DNA of 64,000 nt, taken from an uncultured Methanoregulaceae archaeon (GTDB taxonomy: Archaea; Halobacteriota; Methanomicrobia; Methanomicrobiales; Methanospirillaceae). Shown here one piece after another: positions 1-10,474 of the stretch (the first letter of the stretch is position 1; every line of letters begins with the position of its first letter). The notes beneath the pieces were generated by a model that searched no databases, was not told the origin of the DNA, and saw nothing but the letters and a program-made list of their open reading frames with translations. A program made the position numbers and the translations under genes. Where the stretch lies: NCBI GenBank assembly GCA_963705255.1, contig OY970061.1:608001-672000 (forward strand), read 5' to 3'.

Positions 1-183
1 CCGGCGGAACTCGCCTCACGGGCTTCGGAAGAGACGGGGCTGCCTTTTATCGGGAAGATTGCCGAGGACCCTGGCCTTGCCCGGCAGGTGCTGCTCGGGA
101 AATCGCTGATGGATATGCCGGAGGATTCTCCTGCGTACCGCTCGGTGGCGGGGATTATGGAAAAAGTGCTCGCGGGAGGATAG
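1..183 (+). CDS. 3' end of a probable CooC/AcsF-type Ni-insertion ATPase (partial)
   Basis: Frame 1 reads ...GLPFIGKIAEDPGLARQVLLGKSLMDMPEDSPAYRSVAGIMEKVLAGG*, resembling the CooC C-terminus; it lies upstream of the cdh operon. Confidence 0.6.
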   Translation, partial: PAELASRASEETGLPFIGKIAEDPGLARQVLLGKSLMDMPEDSPAYRSVAGIMEKVLAGG

Positions 184-390
184 GATTTTTCAGGAAAACA
201 CGGAAAGGCTGTCGGGAGAATTGTGGGCCTCTTTTACTTTAGGGGATTTGGTCCTCTCCCACTATCGATCTTTGTCAGGGGCTTGAACACTGCTATGAAA
301 ATTTTGCAAAAATCTTTTCCGGAAATTTTTTCAACATTTTCTGAACATTTTCTCCCAAAAATTGTGTGATACTCCCCTGCTTCGCAGAAC

Positions 391-583
391 CGACCATCGC
401 ATCAGCGAGGTCGATTGGAGAAGTCATCAGGCTTCGACTTGGAATCGTCGCGACGCCTCATCGGATCGCGTTAAGGCAAGATCCTTAGCGAGATCTTATC
501 AAGGTAAGTGCGTAGCGCAAAACACGAGAGGGATCGGTCGTCGCACAAGCGAGGACCGATTTGAGAAGCCATCAGGGCTTCGA
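391..583. repeat. Two degenerate copies of a hairpin + GAGAAG-catcag-CTTCGA unit
   Basis: ~396-437 catcgcatcagcgaggtcgattggagaagtcatcaggcttcga vs ~539-583 cgtcgcacaagcgaggaccgatttgagaagccatcagggcttcga. Confidence 0.7.
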
Positions 584-1340
584 ACGTTTTGCGCGTAAGG
601 CATCGCTCATCCAATCGCACGTTCAACCTCCGGAAAATGCTCACCGCAATAACGGTGCTTCTTCACGTTCACTAGGCCTTCGTCCCAGACCACGGGGCAG
701 CCACCGTTTCTCAAAGGAAACTAGCTCTAAACAGGCCGGTTTTTCTCCAAGGAAAATTGCCTGTTGAACGATCGGGCTCTGAACAAAGGTTATTCCGGAG
801 ACTCACTTCAAAAACTGCCGAAACAGGCCGGTCGAACCGGTTCCGGAAGTGGCGGTCCGGGCCTGCTACGGGCCCGGATGGGTCAAGACGAGGGTGCAGG
901 TCTCTCATACTGGTCATGCATCACATTCCATCGCCAGCAGACCGGGGCAGCGATCAGACCTGGGTTACGCCTATCCAGGGATAGGTCGCCCCGGAAAACA
1001 AACTGCCCGCAAAATGCCCCGTTTTGCAAATGGAACCCGATTTGAAAAACCGATTTTTCGATAGTCGCATTTTTTGGCGAATTACAGCACACCGGTTTTG
1101 CAATATGCCCGTAGGGCCGTCATTTCGCCCGGTTGAGGGTCATTTCAGCCTCTGAAAAACGTCTAATTGTTGCCTTTTGGATGAGCGAGTGCTGCCCGAT
1201 GGGTAGCAGGAGCTTGAAAAGAAGGCTGGAGGTCTTCTTCGAACGATGATTGAAACGATGATTTTCCCTGCTGGAGGCCACCCGGGGAAATGGCAGGGGG
1301 GGATCCGGGGCCCGAAATCTGCAAGGCTACGCTGGGAATT

Positions 1341-1509
1341 CTTCGATATCATGAGTCCCCGTAGGGGCTGAATGAGGAGAAGACGAATCTTCGAGACTGC
1401 TGAATGAAGAGAAGGAACTACAGGCTCGCCGATGGGATCTTCGATATCGTGAAGCCCGAAGGGCTGAACGAGGAGAAGGAGACGCGGGTTTTTCCCGTGT
1501 CTCCTTCGA
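1341..1509 (+). repeat. Cluster of GNA-triloop and GAGAAG...CTTCGA hairpins (degenerate direct repeat)
   Basis: cttcgatatcatgagtcccc-gta-ggggctgaatgaggagaag (1341-1382) vs cttcgatatcgtgaagccc-gaa-gggctgaacgaggagaag (1439-1478); long hairpin at 1473-1509. Confidence 0.75.
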
Positions 1510-1564
1510 TAACCTTATCTGACTCATCCCTCAATGTATAAATGAATCTGCCGTGGTGAATCAT

Positions 1565-3913
1565 TTGAGCAGGAAAGGAGTCAACGTCCAGATAAAGGAA
1601 TTACATTCCGATCTTGCACACTTCCGGGATCTCAGTATCACCATCGGGGCCATTTCCCGCGAGAAATGGGATGAACCGATGGGCCCGACCCCGTTTCCCT
1701 CTCTCACCACCCTCCGCCCCTGGGACCAGATCCTGCTCCGGAAGTACAAACCTTTCTATCTCCCGTTCTGCGACCTCTGCTGTCTCTGCACGTATGGCAA
1801 GTGCGATCTCACCGGCACAAAACGCGGGGCATGCGGTATCTCCATGCCGTCCCAGCAGTCCCGGATGGTCCTGATCGCTGCCTGTATCGGGGCCGCAACC
1901 CACGTAAGCCATTCACGCGACATCCTCTCCCATGTCATCGAATACTACGGCCGGGACTGTCCGATCAACGTCGGCGACACCGGTGTGGAAGTCGAAGCGC
2001 CGGTCGTCCGGCTCGTCTGCGGGATCAAGCCCGAGACACTGGGAGACCTTGAACCGGTGCTGGACTATTGTGAGAACCAGGTCACCCAGCTCCTGGCCGT
2101 CACCCACACCGGGCAGGAAGGAAACAACCTTGACTTTGAATCCAAAGTCCTCCATGCCGGCATGATCGACCAGCTCGGCATGGAAGTAGCCGACATTGCC
2201 CAGATCTCGGCACTCGGTTTCCCGAAGGCTGATCCGGAGGCCGGTCTTGCAGAACTCGGCATGGGGACCGTTGACATCAGAAAACCGGTGATCCTCGTCA
2301 TCGGGCACAATGTTACGCCGGCGACCGGGATCATCGATTACCTGAAAACCAACGACCTCACATCGGACGTGGAAGTGACTGGCATCTGCTGCACTGCGAT
2401 CGACGTAACGCGGTACTCCCCGAAGGCAAAGATCATCGGGCCGATTTCATGGCAGCTGAGATATATCCGGAGCGGAGTTCCTGATGTCATCGTAATTGAC
2501 GAACAGTGTGTCCGAACGGACACGCTGACTGAATCCGCACATATCCGGGCCGCCCTGATAGCAACCAGTGAGAAGAACTGTCTCGGGCTTCCCGACCGCA
2601 CAAACGATCCCCTTGATGACATTGTTGCCGGATTCGTGAGCGGTGAAGTACCGGGCGCTCTCATCCTCGATCCGGAAAAAGTCGGCGAGATTGCCGTGAA
2701 GACTGCCCGCGCAATCGCACCGCGGCGCAAAAAACAGAAGTCCCTTCCCTCACGGGAGACCCTCGTGGAAATGGCAAAGAAATGCACCCTGTGCATGCTC
2801 TGCCGGAGGGCCTGTCCCAACGACCTGCCGGTTGCGCAGGCCGTGAAGGCAGCGGCCGGGGGCAATCTGTCCCTCCTGGACGAGCTGTACGATGACTGTC
2901 TCGGGTGCGGAAGGTGCGAGCCTGCCTGCACGCAGAAGATACCGGTACACAGCCTGATTGTGGCCGCTGCAGAACAGAAGACCCTGAAAGAGACCTACTG
3001 CATCCGGACCGGGAGGGGCGCAATCCGGGATGTCGAGATCCGCAAGGTCGGCGGTCCTATCGTTCTTGGCGAAATTCCCGGCGTGGTTGCATTTGTCGGG
3101 TGCGCCAACTACCCGAAAGGTTCCCGGGAAGTTGCGGAGATGTGCATGGAATTTGCAAAACGCCGGTACATTGTCTGCACATCCGGTTGTTCCGCAATGT
3201 CGGCGGGAATGTACCGGGACGAGGAAGGAAAGACTGCGTACGAGCGGTATTCCGGATCGTTCGAGGCCGGAGGGATCGTAAACGTAGGTTCGTGCGTTGC
3301 AAACGCCCATATTGCCGGTGCGGCTATCAAGATCGCGAGCATCTTTGCAAAACGCCCGCTGCGGGGGAATTACGAAGAGATCGCCGATTACGTCCACAAC
3401 CGTGTCGGGGCTGTCGGGGTTGCCTGGGGTGCCATGTCGCAGAAAGCAGCGGCGATCGCTGCAGGGTTCTGGCGGCTGGGAATTCCCGTGGTCGTCGGGC
3501 CCCATGGTACGAAGTACCGCCGCATGCTCCTTGGGCGTGCAGACAAGGAATCCGACTGGTACGTGTACGATGCCCGCAGCGGGAAGAAGGTGTATGGCGG
3601 CCCGGTACCCGAACACCTCTTCTTTGCCGCCGAGACCAAGGAAGAGGCGATGGTGATGATCGCAAAACTGACCATGCGCCCGAATGACACCAGCAGGGGG
3701 CGGGCCAACAAGCTGGCCAACTACGTCGACCTCCACAAGCGTCTTGTCGGCGGCATCCCGCCTGACATCTCCCTGTATGTCCGGACACCGGCCGATATCC
3801 CCCTTACCATGAAAGATGAGGTACTGAACCACCTCCACCGGCACGGATGGAAGGAGCACACGATCCCCGACCCGACGCTCCTTCCCCGTATGATCCATAC
3901 AAGGAAGGAGTGA
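1565..3913 (+). CDS. cdhA: CO dehydrogenase/acetyl-CoA synthase complex alpha subunit
   Basis: CDLCCLCTYGKC, GICCT, two CxxCxxCxxxC ferredoxin motifs, NVGSCVAN, WGAMSQKA; likely TTG start after GGTGA (the ORF track starts at 1553). Confidence 0.97.
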   Translation: MSRKGVNVQIKELHSDLAHFRDLSITIGAISREKWDEPMGPTPFPSLTTLRPWDQILLRKYKPFYLPFCDLCCLCTYGKCDLTGTKRGACGISMPSQQSRMVLIAACIGAATHVSHSRDILSHVIEYYGRDCPINVGDTGVEVEAPVVRLVCGIKPETLGDLEPVLDYCENQVTQLLAVTHTGQEGNNLDFESKVLHAGMIDQLGMEVADIAQISALGFPKADPEAGLAELGMGTVDIRKPVILVIGHNVTPATGIIDYLKTNDLTSDVEVTGICCTAIDVTRYSPKAKIIGPISWQLRYIRSGVPDVIVIDEQCVRTDTLTESAHIRAALIATSEKNCLGLPDRTNDPLDDIVAGFVSGEVPGALILDPEKVGEIAVKTARAIAPRRKKQKSLPSRETLVEMAKKCTLCMLCRRACPNDLPVAQAVKAAAGGNLSLLDELYDDCLGCGRCEPACTQKIPVHSLIVAAAEQKTLKETYCIRTGRGAIRDVEIRKVGGPIVLGEIPGVVAFVGCANYPKGSREVAEMCMEFAKRRYIVCTSGCSAMSAGMYRDEEGKTAYERYSGSFEAGGIVNVGSCVANAHIAGAAIKIASIFAKRPLRGNYEEIADYVHNRVGAVGVAWGAMSQKAAAIAAGFWRLGIPVVVGPHGTKYRRMLLGRADKESDWYVYDARSGKKVYGGPVPEHLFFAAETKEEAMVMIAKLTMRPNDTSRGRANKLANYVDLHKRLVGGIPPDISLYVRTPADIPLTMKDEVLNHLHRHGWKEHTIPDPTLLPRMIHTRKE

Positions 3914-3918
3914 TAACG

Positions 3919-4459
3919 ATGCCGATGAACGAATCCTGGCAGACCGCAGAGATCCCCGGACCGAAAAAGGCATCTCTTATCATCAAGCCCGATATCGCAG
4001 ACGCAATAATCCGGCGGGCAAAACGCCCAATCATGATTGTGGGTCACGGGATCATCGAATATGAAGTCGAAGGAAAAAAACTGATCGACTGCCTCATCCA
4101 GCTTGCACGAAAAGCGAAGATGCCCGTTGTCGTCACTGCCAGTACGAGCAGGGAGTTCACTGCACGCGGGTTTGAACCTGCGGCCCTCATGCCTGCTGTG
4201 GATATCGCCAACCGTCTCACGGACCCGGAATGGAAAGGGTTTGACGGGAGAGAGACCTATGACCTTGCAATTTTTGTCGGGCTTCCCTATTCCATGGAAT
4301 GGACGATCCTCTCCGGCCTGAAACACTTTGCTCCCGGTGTAAAGACCATGACCCTTGACTGCGTTTACCAGCCGAATGCGAGCTGGTCATTCCCGAACAG
4401 TACCGATAAAAGACTGGGCCGCAAACCTCAAAGGGATCGTGGCAAACCTCGGTGACTGA
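3919..4459 (+). CDS. cdhB: ACDS epsilon subunit (frameshift near 3' end)
   Basis: WQTAEIPGPKKA, AKRPIMIVG, YQPNASWSFPN; a shifted frame continues KDWAANLKGIVANLGD*. Confidence 0.9.
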
Positions 4460-4473
4460 CCGGAGAACAGATC

Positions 4474-5877
4474 ATGTTTGAAACGATCCCTGTTGAAGTG
4501 GGCCTGATCCATGAAGGTGAGCGTGTCAGGAAAAATGATCTGCAGGTCGAGCTGGGCGGCCCGTCGGAGAAAGAGAAGTTCGAGATAGTCCGGGTACGCC
4601 AGCCGGAAGAGATCGAGGATGGCGCAATCCGTATCATCGGCCCCGATATCAGCGGGATGGAAGAAGGTAAGCACTACCCGATCGGTATCCTCGTCGAGAT
4701 TGCCGGAAAAAAGGTCGAGCCCGACCTGGAAGGCGTGGTTGAACGCAGGATCCACGAATACGCTAACTATATCGAAGGGTTCATGCACCTCAACCAGCGG
4801 TACGATATCTGGATCCGGCTCTCGAAAAAATCCTTTAAGAAAGGACTTGACTCGTTCCGGTTTATCGGGCAGGTCATGCACGAGCTCTTCAGGAACGAGC
4901 TTCCCATCATCGAAAAAATCCAGATCAGCTTCATCACGGACCCGGAGAAGATCAAACCACTCTACGAGGAAGCACTCAGGACCTACGAAGCCCGGGACGC
5001 CCGTGCACGGGGACTCTCGGATCAGGACGTGGACACTTTTTATGGGTGTGCACTCTGCCAGTCGTTTGCCCCGACTCATGTCTGTGTCATCACCCCCCAG
5101 CGGTACGCGAACTGCGGGGCAATCAGCTGGTTCGACGGGAGGGCTGCTGCCGGCATTGACCCGAAAGGGCCGATCTATGCCATCGAGAAAGGAGAATGCC
5201 TGGACCCGGACAAAGGCGAATATACCGGTGTCAATGAGAGTGCCCGGAAGCGGTCGATGGGAGAAGTGAGCCGGGTCTATCTCTACTCGGCGTTCGGGTA
5301 CCCGCATACATCCTGCGGGTGTTTTGAAGGGATCGCTTTTTACATCCCGGAGGTCGACGGTTTTGGCATCGTCCTCCGCGGTTTTGGCGCGCTGACGGTA
5401 AACGGGCTTGCGTTCTCAACGATGGCGGACTCCACGGCCGGGGGGCGGCAGGTCGAGGGTTTCCACGGTATTTCGATAGAGTATATGCGATCAAAAAAGT
5501 TCATGCACGCAGACGGCGGTTACGACCGCGTGGTCTGGATGCCGCACGAGACCCGCGAACGGCTCAAAGAGTTCATTCCCGAAGAGGTGTATGAGGCCAT
5601 TGCCACGGAGAAAGATGTGGCAACCGTCGCAGAACTGAAGATATTCCTGCAGGAACACTACCACCCGGTCGTACAACGATGGGTTGCCGTCCCGGAACCT
5701 GAGAGCGGCCCTGTCCGCCAGATGACGGTCATTTCCGGAGCGGACATTCCCCTTGCTTTTGGGGGTTTCAGGATCATCCTCAAGAATGCCAGGATCACCG
5801 CAGAGAGCGTAATCATCCAGCCGATCAGGCCGCCACATCCATCTGGAGGCGAGCACAGTGCCGAAAAAAAATACTAG
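4474..5877 (+). CDS. cdhC: ACDS beta subunit (acetyl-CoA synthase)
   Basis: FYGCALCQSFAPTHVC and PHTSCGCFE A-cluster motifs. Confidence 0.97.
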   Translation: MFETIPVEVGLIHEGERVRKNDLQVELGGPSEKEKFEIVRVRQPEEIEDGAIRIIGPDISGMEEGKHYPIGILVEIAGKKVEPDLEGVVERRIHEYANYIEGFMHLNQRYDIWIRLSKKSFKKGLDSFRFIGQVMHELFRNELPIIEKIQISFITDPEKIKPLYEEALRTYEARDARARGLSDQDVDTFYGCALCQSFAPTHVCVITPQRYANCGAISWFDGRAAAGIDPKGPIYAIEKGECLDPDKGEYTGVNESARKRSMGEVSRVYLYSAFGYPHTSCGCFEGIAFYIPEVDGFGIVLRGFGALTVNGLAFSTMADSTAGGRQVEGFHGISIEYMRSKKFMHADGGYDRVVWMPHETRERLKEFIPEEVYEAIATEKDVATVAELKIFLQEHYHPVVQRWVAVPEPESGPVRQMTVISGADIPLAFGGFRIILKNARITAESVIIQPIRPPHPSGGEHSAEKKY

Positions 5878-7100
5878 ACCTGCCCTTGATGCAGAGCAGC
5901 TCCTCTCACTTGCCCCTCAGCTCCGGGACCTGCTGAAAGGCGTGCACCAGGTGGAACTGAAAAATTTTTCCATGGAGATCGGGAATCTTGAACTCTTCAT
6001 CCCCACCTCAGGTTCTGCATCCCCGGCCAACCCTGTCCATTCCGCCGGCCTGTACATACCGGAAAAACCCTCCGAACTGATCCGGGAGTCCTATGCTCCG
6101 GCCAGTTTTGAATTTCCCGGCAGGATCCGTGAAGTGACCCTCGGCGCGACACGGTCCGGGGGAGGGACCCGGGGGAGGTCAATTACCATCGGGGGCGCAC
6201 AGGCACCTGCCTATTCTGATCGTATCCACCTCCCGGTCCACCCGCCGGCGATCTCACTTGATGTCTTTGACATGAACGTCTCCCTGCCAAAGGTCCTGCG
6301 CGAGAATATCTCGGAGGTCATGGAAGACCCCGCTGAATGGGCACGTATGAACGTCAAAAAGTACGGCGCCGACGTGGTGACTATTCACCTCATGAGTACG
6401 GATCCCCTGTTCCGCGATGCGTCCCCCCGTTCGGCAGCAAAGACCGTAGAGGAAGTGCTCCAGGCCGTTGACGTGCCTGTCATCGTCGGGGGTTGCGGTG
6501 ACCCGAAAAAAGATGCCGAGGTCTTTCTGGAGGTAGCCGAGATGGCTGCTGGCGAGCGCCTCCTCCTCAACTCGGTGACGCTCGACATGGTGGAATCAAA
6601 GACACTGGACCGGGTCGCCACTGCAGCACGGGACCACGGGCATCTCCTCCTTGCATTCACGGGCCTTGACCTGAACAATGCCAAGGAACTCAACCGCCGC
6701 CTGTACGAGTATATTCCTCCCGAACAGATTGTCATGGACCTGACGACCGTGGCGCTGGGCTACGGCCTCGAGTACTCGTTCACTATTCATGAACGTGCGC
6801 GGTATGCCGCACTTATGGGAGATCCGGAACTGGCACACCCGGTGATATCGGCCGCGACCAATGCATGGGCGGCACGGGAAGCCTGGATGAAGATGCCGCC
6901 GGTGTACGGGCCACGGGAACTGAGGGGGCCGGTCTGGGAAACGATCAATGCCCTGACCCTGCTGCTGGCGGGGACCGACCTGTTCATGATGATGCACCCC
7001 GCAGCAGTACCTGACGCTCAGGGATGTTATTCACCGTCTGGGCACTCCGGGGACCGGGCATGCCGAACAGATAGCCGGCTGGGCCGGGGTGCGGCTATGA
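5858..7100 (+). CDS. cdhD: ACDS delta subunit (corrinoid Fe-S protein small subunit); a frameshift near 7010 joins it to cdhE in the ORF track
   Basis: VMEDPAEWA, ALGYGLEYSF, NAWAAREAW, MMMHPAAV; the alternative frame ends ...AGWAGVRL* in an ATGA overlap with cdhE. Confidence 0.9.
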
Positions 7101-8545
7101 ACGTGACGGATCCTGCCCCGGAAAAGAAGCAGAGAAAGGGGATCAAGGAGATCAGCCCGATCGACGTCTACAAGCTCCTCCCGAAGACAAACTGCGGGGA
7201 ATGCGGGGAAGCCAACTGCATGGCTTTTGCCACCCGGCTTGTCAATGGCGAACTGGTCCTTTCCGACTGCCCGCCCCTCCATTCTGTTGAGTATCACGGA
7301 GCTTTCGGGGAACTTTCCCGTCTCCTGGCACCCCCGGTCCGTACGGTCACCCTGGGTACCGGTGACCATAGCATCAGCATCGGCGGGAAATATGTGCTCC
7401 AGCGCCATGATTTCACGTACCATAACCCTGCACCGATCGCCATCGATGTCAACGATCTCATGCCCGAGGCGGAACTTCTCGAGCGGGTCAGGCAGATCGA
7501 AGCCTTCTCCTACAATTACATAGGCAGGACACTGGTACTGAACGCGATTGCCATCCGTTCGGTCTCCGGGGATCCCGTGATTTTCGGGGCTGCAGTAAAA
7601 AAAGTGGCTGCAGCCAGTCACCTGCCGTTCATACTCTGCTCGCTCGATCCAGCAGTGATGGAGGCCGGCCTCCGGGAGGCTGGGAACCGCCGCCCGCTCA
7701 TCTACGCTGCCACTGACAAGAACTGGAAACTGATGGCTGATCTGGCCCTTGCTCACCATGCTCCCCTTGCGGTCTTTGCGCCGGGCGATCTCGGTCTCCT
7801 CCGGACGCTCGCCAGAACCCTCATGGCCTGTGGTGTCCATGACCTGGTCCTTGACCCCGGAACATTTACCGAAGACGGGCTGTCCGACACCATCGCGAAT
7901 TTTACTACAATCAGGGCAGCTGCCACAAAAAATTTTGATGAGCTGTTCGGCTTTCCGATCCTTGGCGTCCCGCTCACGGTCTGGACCGGTGAAGAGCTCT
8001 CAGAGGACGTGCTCAAATGGCGTGAGGCGACCACCGCGTCCATGCTCCTCTCCCGGTATGCGGACCTGCTCATCATGCACAGCCTTGACGGATGGGTCCT
8101 CCTCCCCCAGCTGATCTGGCGTTTCAGCCTTTACACGGATCCGCGGAAGCCGGTCTCGGTCGAAGCGGGTGTGAAGACGTTCGGCAGGCCCGACCATACC
8201 TCGCCGGTCCTGATCACGACGAATTATGCGCTTACGTATTTCACCGTCGAATCCGATATCAAGGCCGCCAACCTGGACTGTTATCTCATTGTCGCGGATA
8301 CCGGGGGGCTCAGTGTCGAGAGTGCCGTTGCAGGGAGGTATTTTACTGCAGATTCAGTTGCGAATGCCCTGAAGACCAACAATATAGCGGCTCTCGTCAG
8401 CCACAATACTCTCATCATACCCGGTCTTGCAGCCCGGCTGAGCGGGGAGACGGAAGAATCGACCGGCTGGAGGATCCTTGTCGGCCCCAAGGACTCGTCG
8501 GGGATCTCCCAGTTCCTCAGGGACCACTGGCCTCCTGCAGAGTAG
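7097..8545 (+). CDS. cdhE: ACDS gamma subunit (corrinoid Fe-S protein large subunit)
   Basis: LPKTNCGECGEANCMAFA, YTDPRKPVSVE, TTNYALTYFTVESDI. Confidence 0.93.
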   Translation: MNVTDPAPEKKQRKGIKEISPIDVYKLLPKTNCGECGEANCMAFATRLVNGELVLSDCPPLHSVEYHGAFGELSRLLAPPVRTVTLGTGDHSISIGGKYVLQRHDFTYHNPAPIAIDVNDLMPEAELLERVRQIEAFSYNYIGRTLVLNAIAIRSVSGDPVIFGAAVKKVAAASHLPFILCSLDPAVMEAGLREAGNRRPLIYAATDKNWKLMADLALAHHAPLAVFAPGDLGLLRTLARTLMACGVHDLVLDPGTFTEDGLSDTIANFTTIRAAATKNFDELFGFPILGVPLTVWTGEELSEDVLKWREATTASMLLSRYADLLIMHSLDGWVLLPQLIWRFSLYTDPRKPVSVEAGVKTFGRPDHTSPVLITTNYALTYFTVESDIKAANLDCYLIVADTGGLSVESAVAGRYFTADSVANALKTNNIAALVSHNTLIIPGLAARLSGETEESTGWRILVGPKDSSGISQFLRDHWPPAE

Positions 8546-8638
8546 CATGAATTTTCGCGGCAAAAAAGATGTCTGCATCCGGTTCTGCATCCGGGACCTG
8601 CCAGTACGGCTGACGACAATTCAAGGTAGGGCAATCCA

Positions 8639-10471
8639 ATGGCTGAAATGTACAGCGTCGTTTTCCACCCCATGAGCAGGATCGTATCTGTACCTTCTGG
8701 TTCGACGGTCCTCGAAGCCATCCGGAACGCTGAGATCCAGTTCGAGAGTATCTGCGGCGGAAAAGGAGAATGCAACAAGTGCAAAGTCATTCTCCTGCAG
8801 GGCTCGTGTGATGCCGGCTCGCCGGAGAGTACCCGGGGCCTGACTGCTGATGAGATAGCCCGGAACTACTGTCGGGCCTGCCGGACTCATATCACCGGAA
8901 ACTGCGAGTTTATCATCCCGGTGGAGAGCCGGATCGATGCCCCAAAAATACTCCAGAACCATGCTGAAATCACTACCTGGCTGTATCCCCTGGTAACAAA
9001 ACACCGGCTTGCAGCGCCCGGGAATCATCACCATCCGCACGGGTCCCGTTCCCTGAGACTCGAAGGGTATTCCGGCACCCGCCCTCACATGACCCGCGAA
9101 CAGATGGGCCGGCTGACAGCTGCGGAGGGCGGGCAGGTCACGGTTGCTGTCACCCGGTCGAACGGGTACCCGGAAGTTCTGGGAATCGAGGCGGGAGACA
9201 CCACGGCGGAGAACTACGGTATCGCCCTTGACCTCGGGACTACAACCGTTGTCGGGGTGCTTGTTGATTGTGCGACCGGCCGGACCTGCAGCCAGTCCTC
9301 TTCCCTGAACCGGCAGATAACCTATGGCGAGGAGTTGCTCACCCGGATCGCTTTTGCAAAAAAACCCGGCGGGAAAGAAAAACTCCGGGCTGCGGCCGTT
9401 GAGAGTATCAATGCGGTCATCGGACAGCTCCTCTCGTCTGCCGGGGTGAGCGGGGATTCTGTCTATGACCTCTGCATAGGCAGCAATACGGTTATGAACT
9501 ACCTCCTCTTTGGCCGCGATACAGCAATCCTTGAGATTGCGAATGCTGATATCTCCCGGAGCCCTTTCCTTGCCCGGGCACTGGACCTCGGGCTTCTGGC
9601 AAATCCACAGGCGTACGTGTACTGTCTTCCCAACGTCAGCCGGTTTGTTGGTGGGGATGCCGTGGGAGATGTCATTGCATCGGGGATGCACCTGTCTCCC
9701 GACCTCTCCCTGATGATAGACCTTGGTACAAACGGCGAAGTTGTTCTCGGCAACAGGGACTGGCTGGCTTCTGTCTCATGTGCATCCGGGCCTGCTTTCG
9801 AAGGTGCCGGGATCACCTCGGGTATGCGGGCGATGCGGGGAGCGATCGATCATATCGGTATCGACCCCGCCACGTTCAGGGTTTCATGGACAACGATCGG
9901 AAATGAGCTTCCCCGGGGGATCTGCGGATCGGGAATCATCGATGCAGCGGCTGCGATGGTGACCTCGGGTATCGTGGATTTCACCGGCAGGCTTGTGGAG
10001 GAGAAGCCCGGCGTGCGCCGTGGTAAGGAAGGTCTCGAATATGTCCTCGTTCCCTGCAAGGAGACAGCAACCGGCCGGGATATCGTGATCACGAAGCAGG
10101 ACCTTGCCTACCTTATGGACTCAAAAGCCGCAGCATGCGGGGCGATCGGGGTCCTCTTAAAAAAATACCGTATCCCGGTGAGGAGTGTCCGCAATGTGTA
10201 CTTTGCCGGGGCATTCGGTGCCTATGCAGATCGGAACAAAATTGTGACCTTCGGGATAACCCCCGATTTTCCCGATGCAGAATTCCATGCTATCGGGAAT
10301 GGTTCCCTCACGGGTGCACGTGCCGCCCTGCTGTCCGGGAAAAAACGGCAGGAAGCGCTGGATGTTGCGAAGAAGATGGTGTATATCGACCTGCTGGTAG
10401 ATGCGGATTTTATTGAGGAGTACGCGTCGGCGATCTACATTCCCGGCAAACCTGAATATTTCCCCCGCTGA
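8639..10471 (+). CDS. ASKHA-type reductive activator of corrinoid protein (RACo/AcsV-like) with N-terminal 2Fe-2S domain
   Basis: CGGKGECNKC...C, DLGTTTV, DLGTNGE, SCASGPAFEG, GICGSG. Confidence 0.9.
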   Translation: MAEMYSVVFHPMSRIVSVPSGSTVLEAIRNAEIQFESICGGKGECNKCKVILLQGSCDAGSPESTRGLTADEIARNYCRACRTHITGNCEFIIPVESRIDAPKILQNHAEITTWLYPLVTKHRLAAPGNHHHPHGSRSLRLEGYSGTRPHMTREQMGRLTAAEGGQVTVAVTRSNGYPEVLGIEAGDTTAENYGIALDLGTTTVVGVLVDCATGRTCSQSSSLNRQITYGEELLTRIAFAKKPGGKEKLRAAAVESINAVIGQLLSSAGVSGDSVYDLCIGSNTVMNYLLFGRDTAILEIANADISRSPFLARALDLGLLANPQAYVYCLPNVSRFVGGDAVGDVIASGMHLSPDLSLMIDLGTNGEVVLGNRDWLASVSCASGPAFEGAGITSGMRAMRGAIDHIGIDPATFRVSWTTIGNELPRGICGSGIIDAAAAMVTSGIVDFTGRLVEEKPGVRRGKEGLEYVLVPCKETATGRDIVITKQDLAYLMDSKAAACGAIGVLLKKYRIPVRSVRNVYFAGAFGAYADRNKIVTFGITPDFPDAEFHAIGNGSLTGARAALLSGKKRQEALDVAKKMVYIDLLVDADFIEEYASAIYIPGKPEYFPR

Positions 10472-10474
10472 CGG

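Noticed and set aside
5858-8545. Apparent 895-aa CdhD-CdhE fusion
   Set aside because: The junction peptide is nonsense. A 1-nt shift near 7010 restores a normal CdhD end with an ATGA overlap onto cdhE, and such indels are common in this window.
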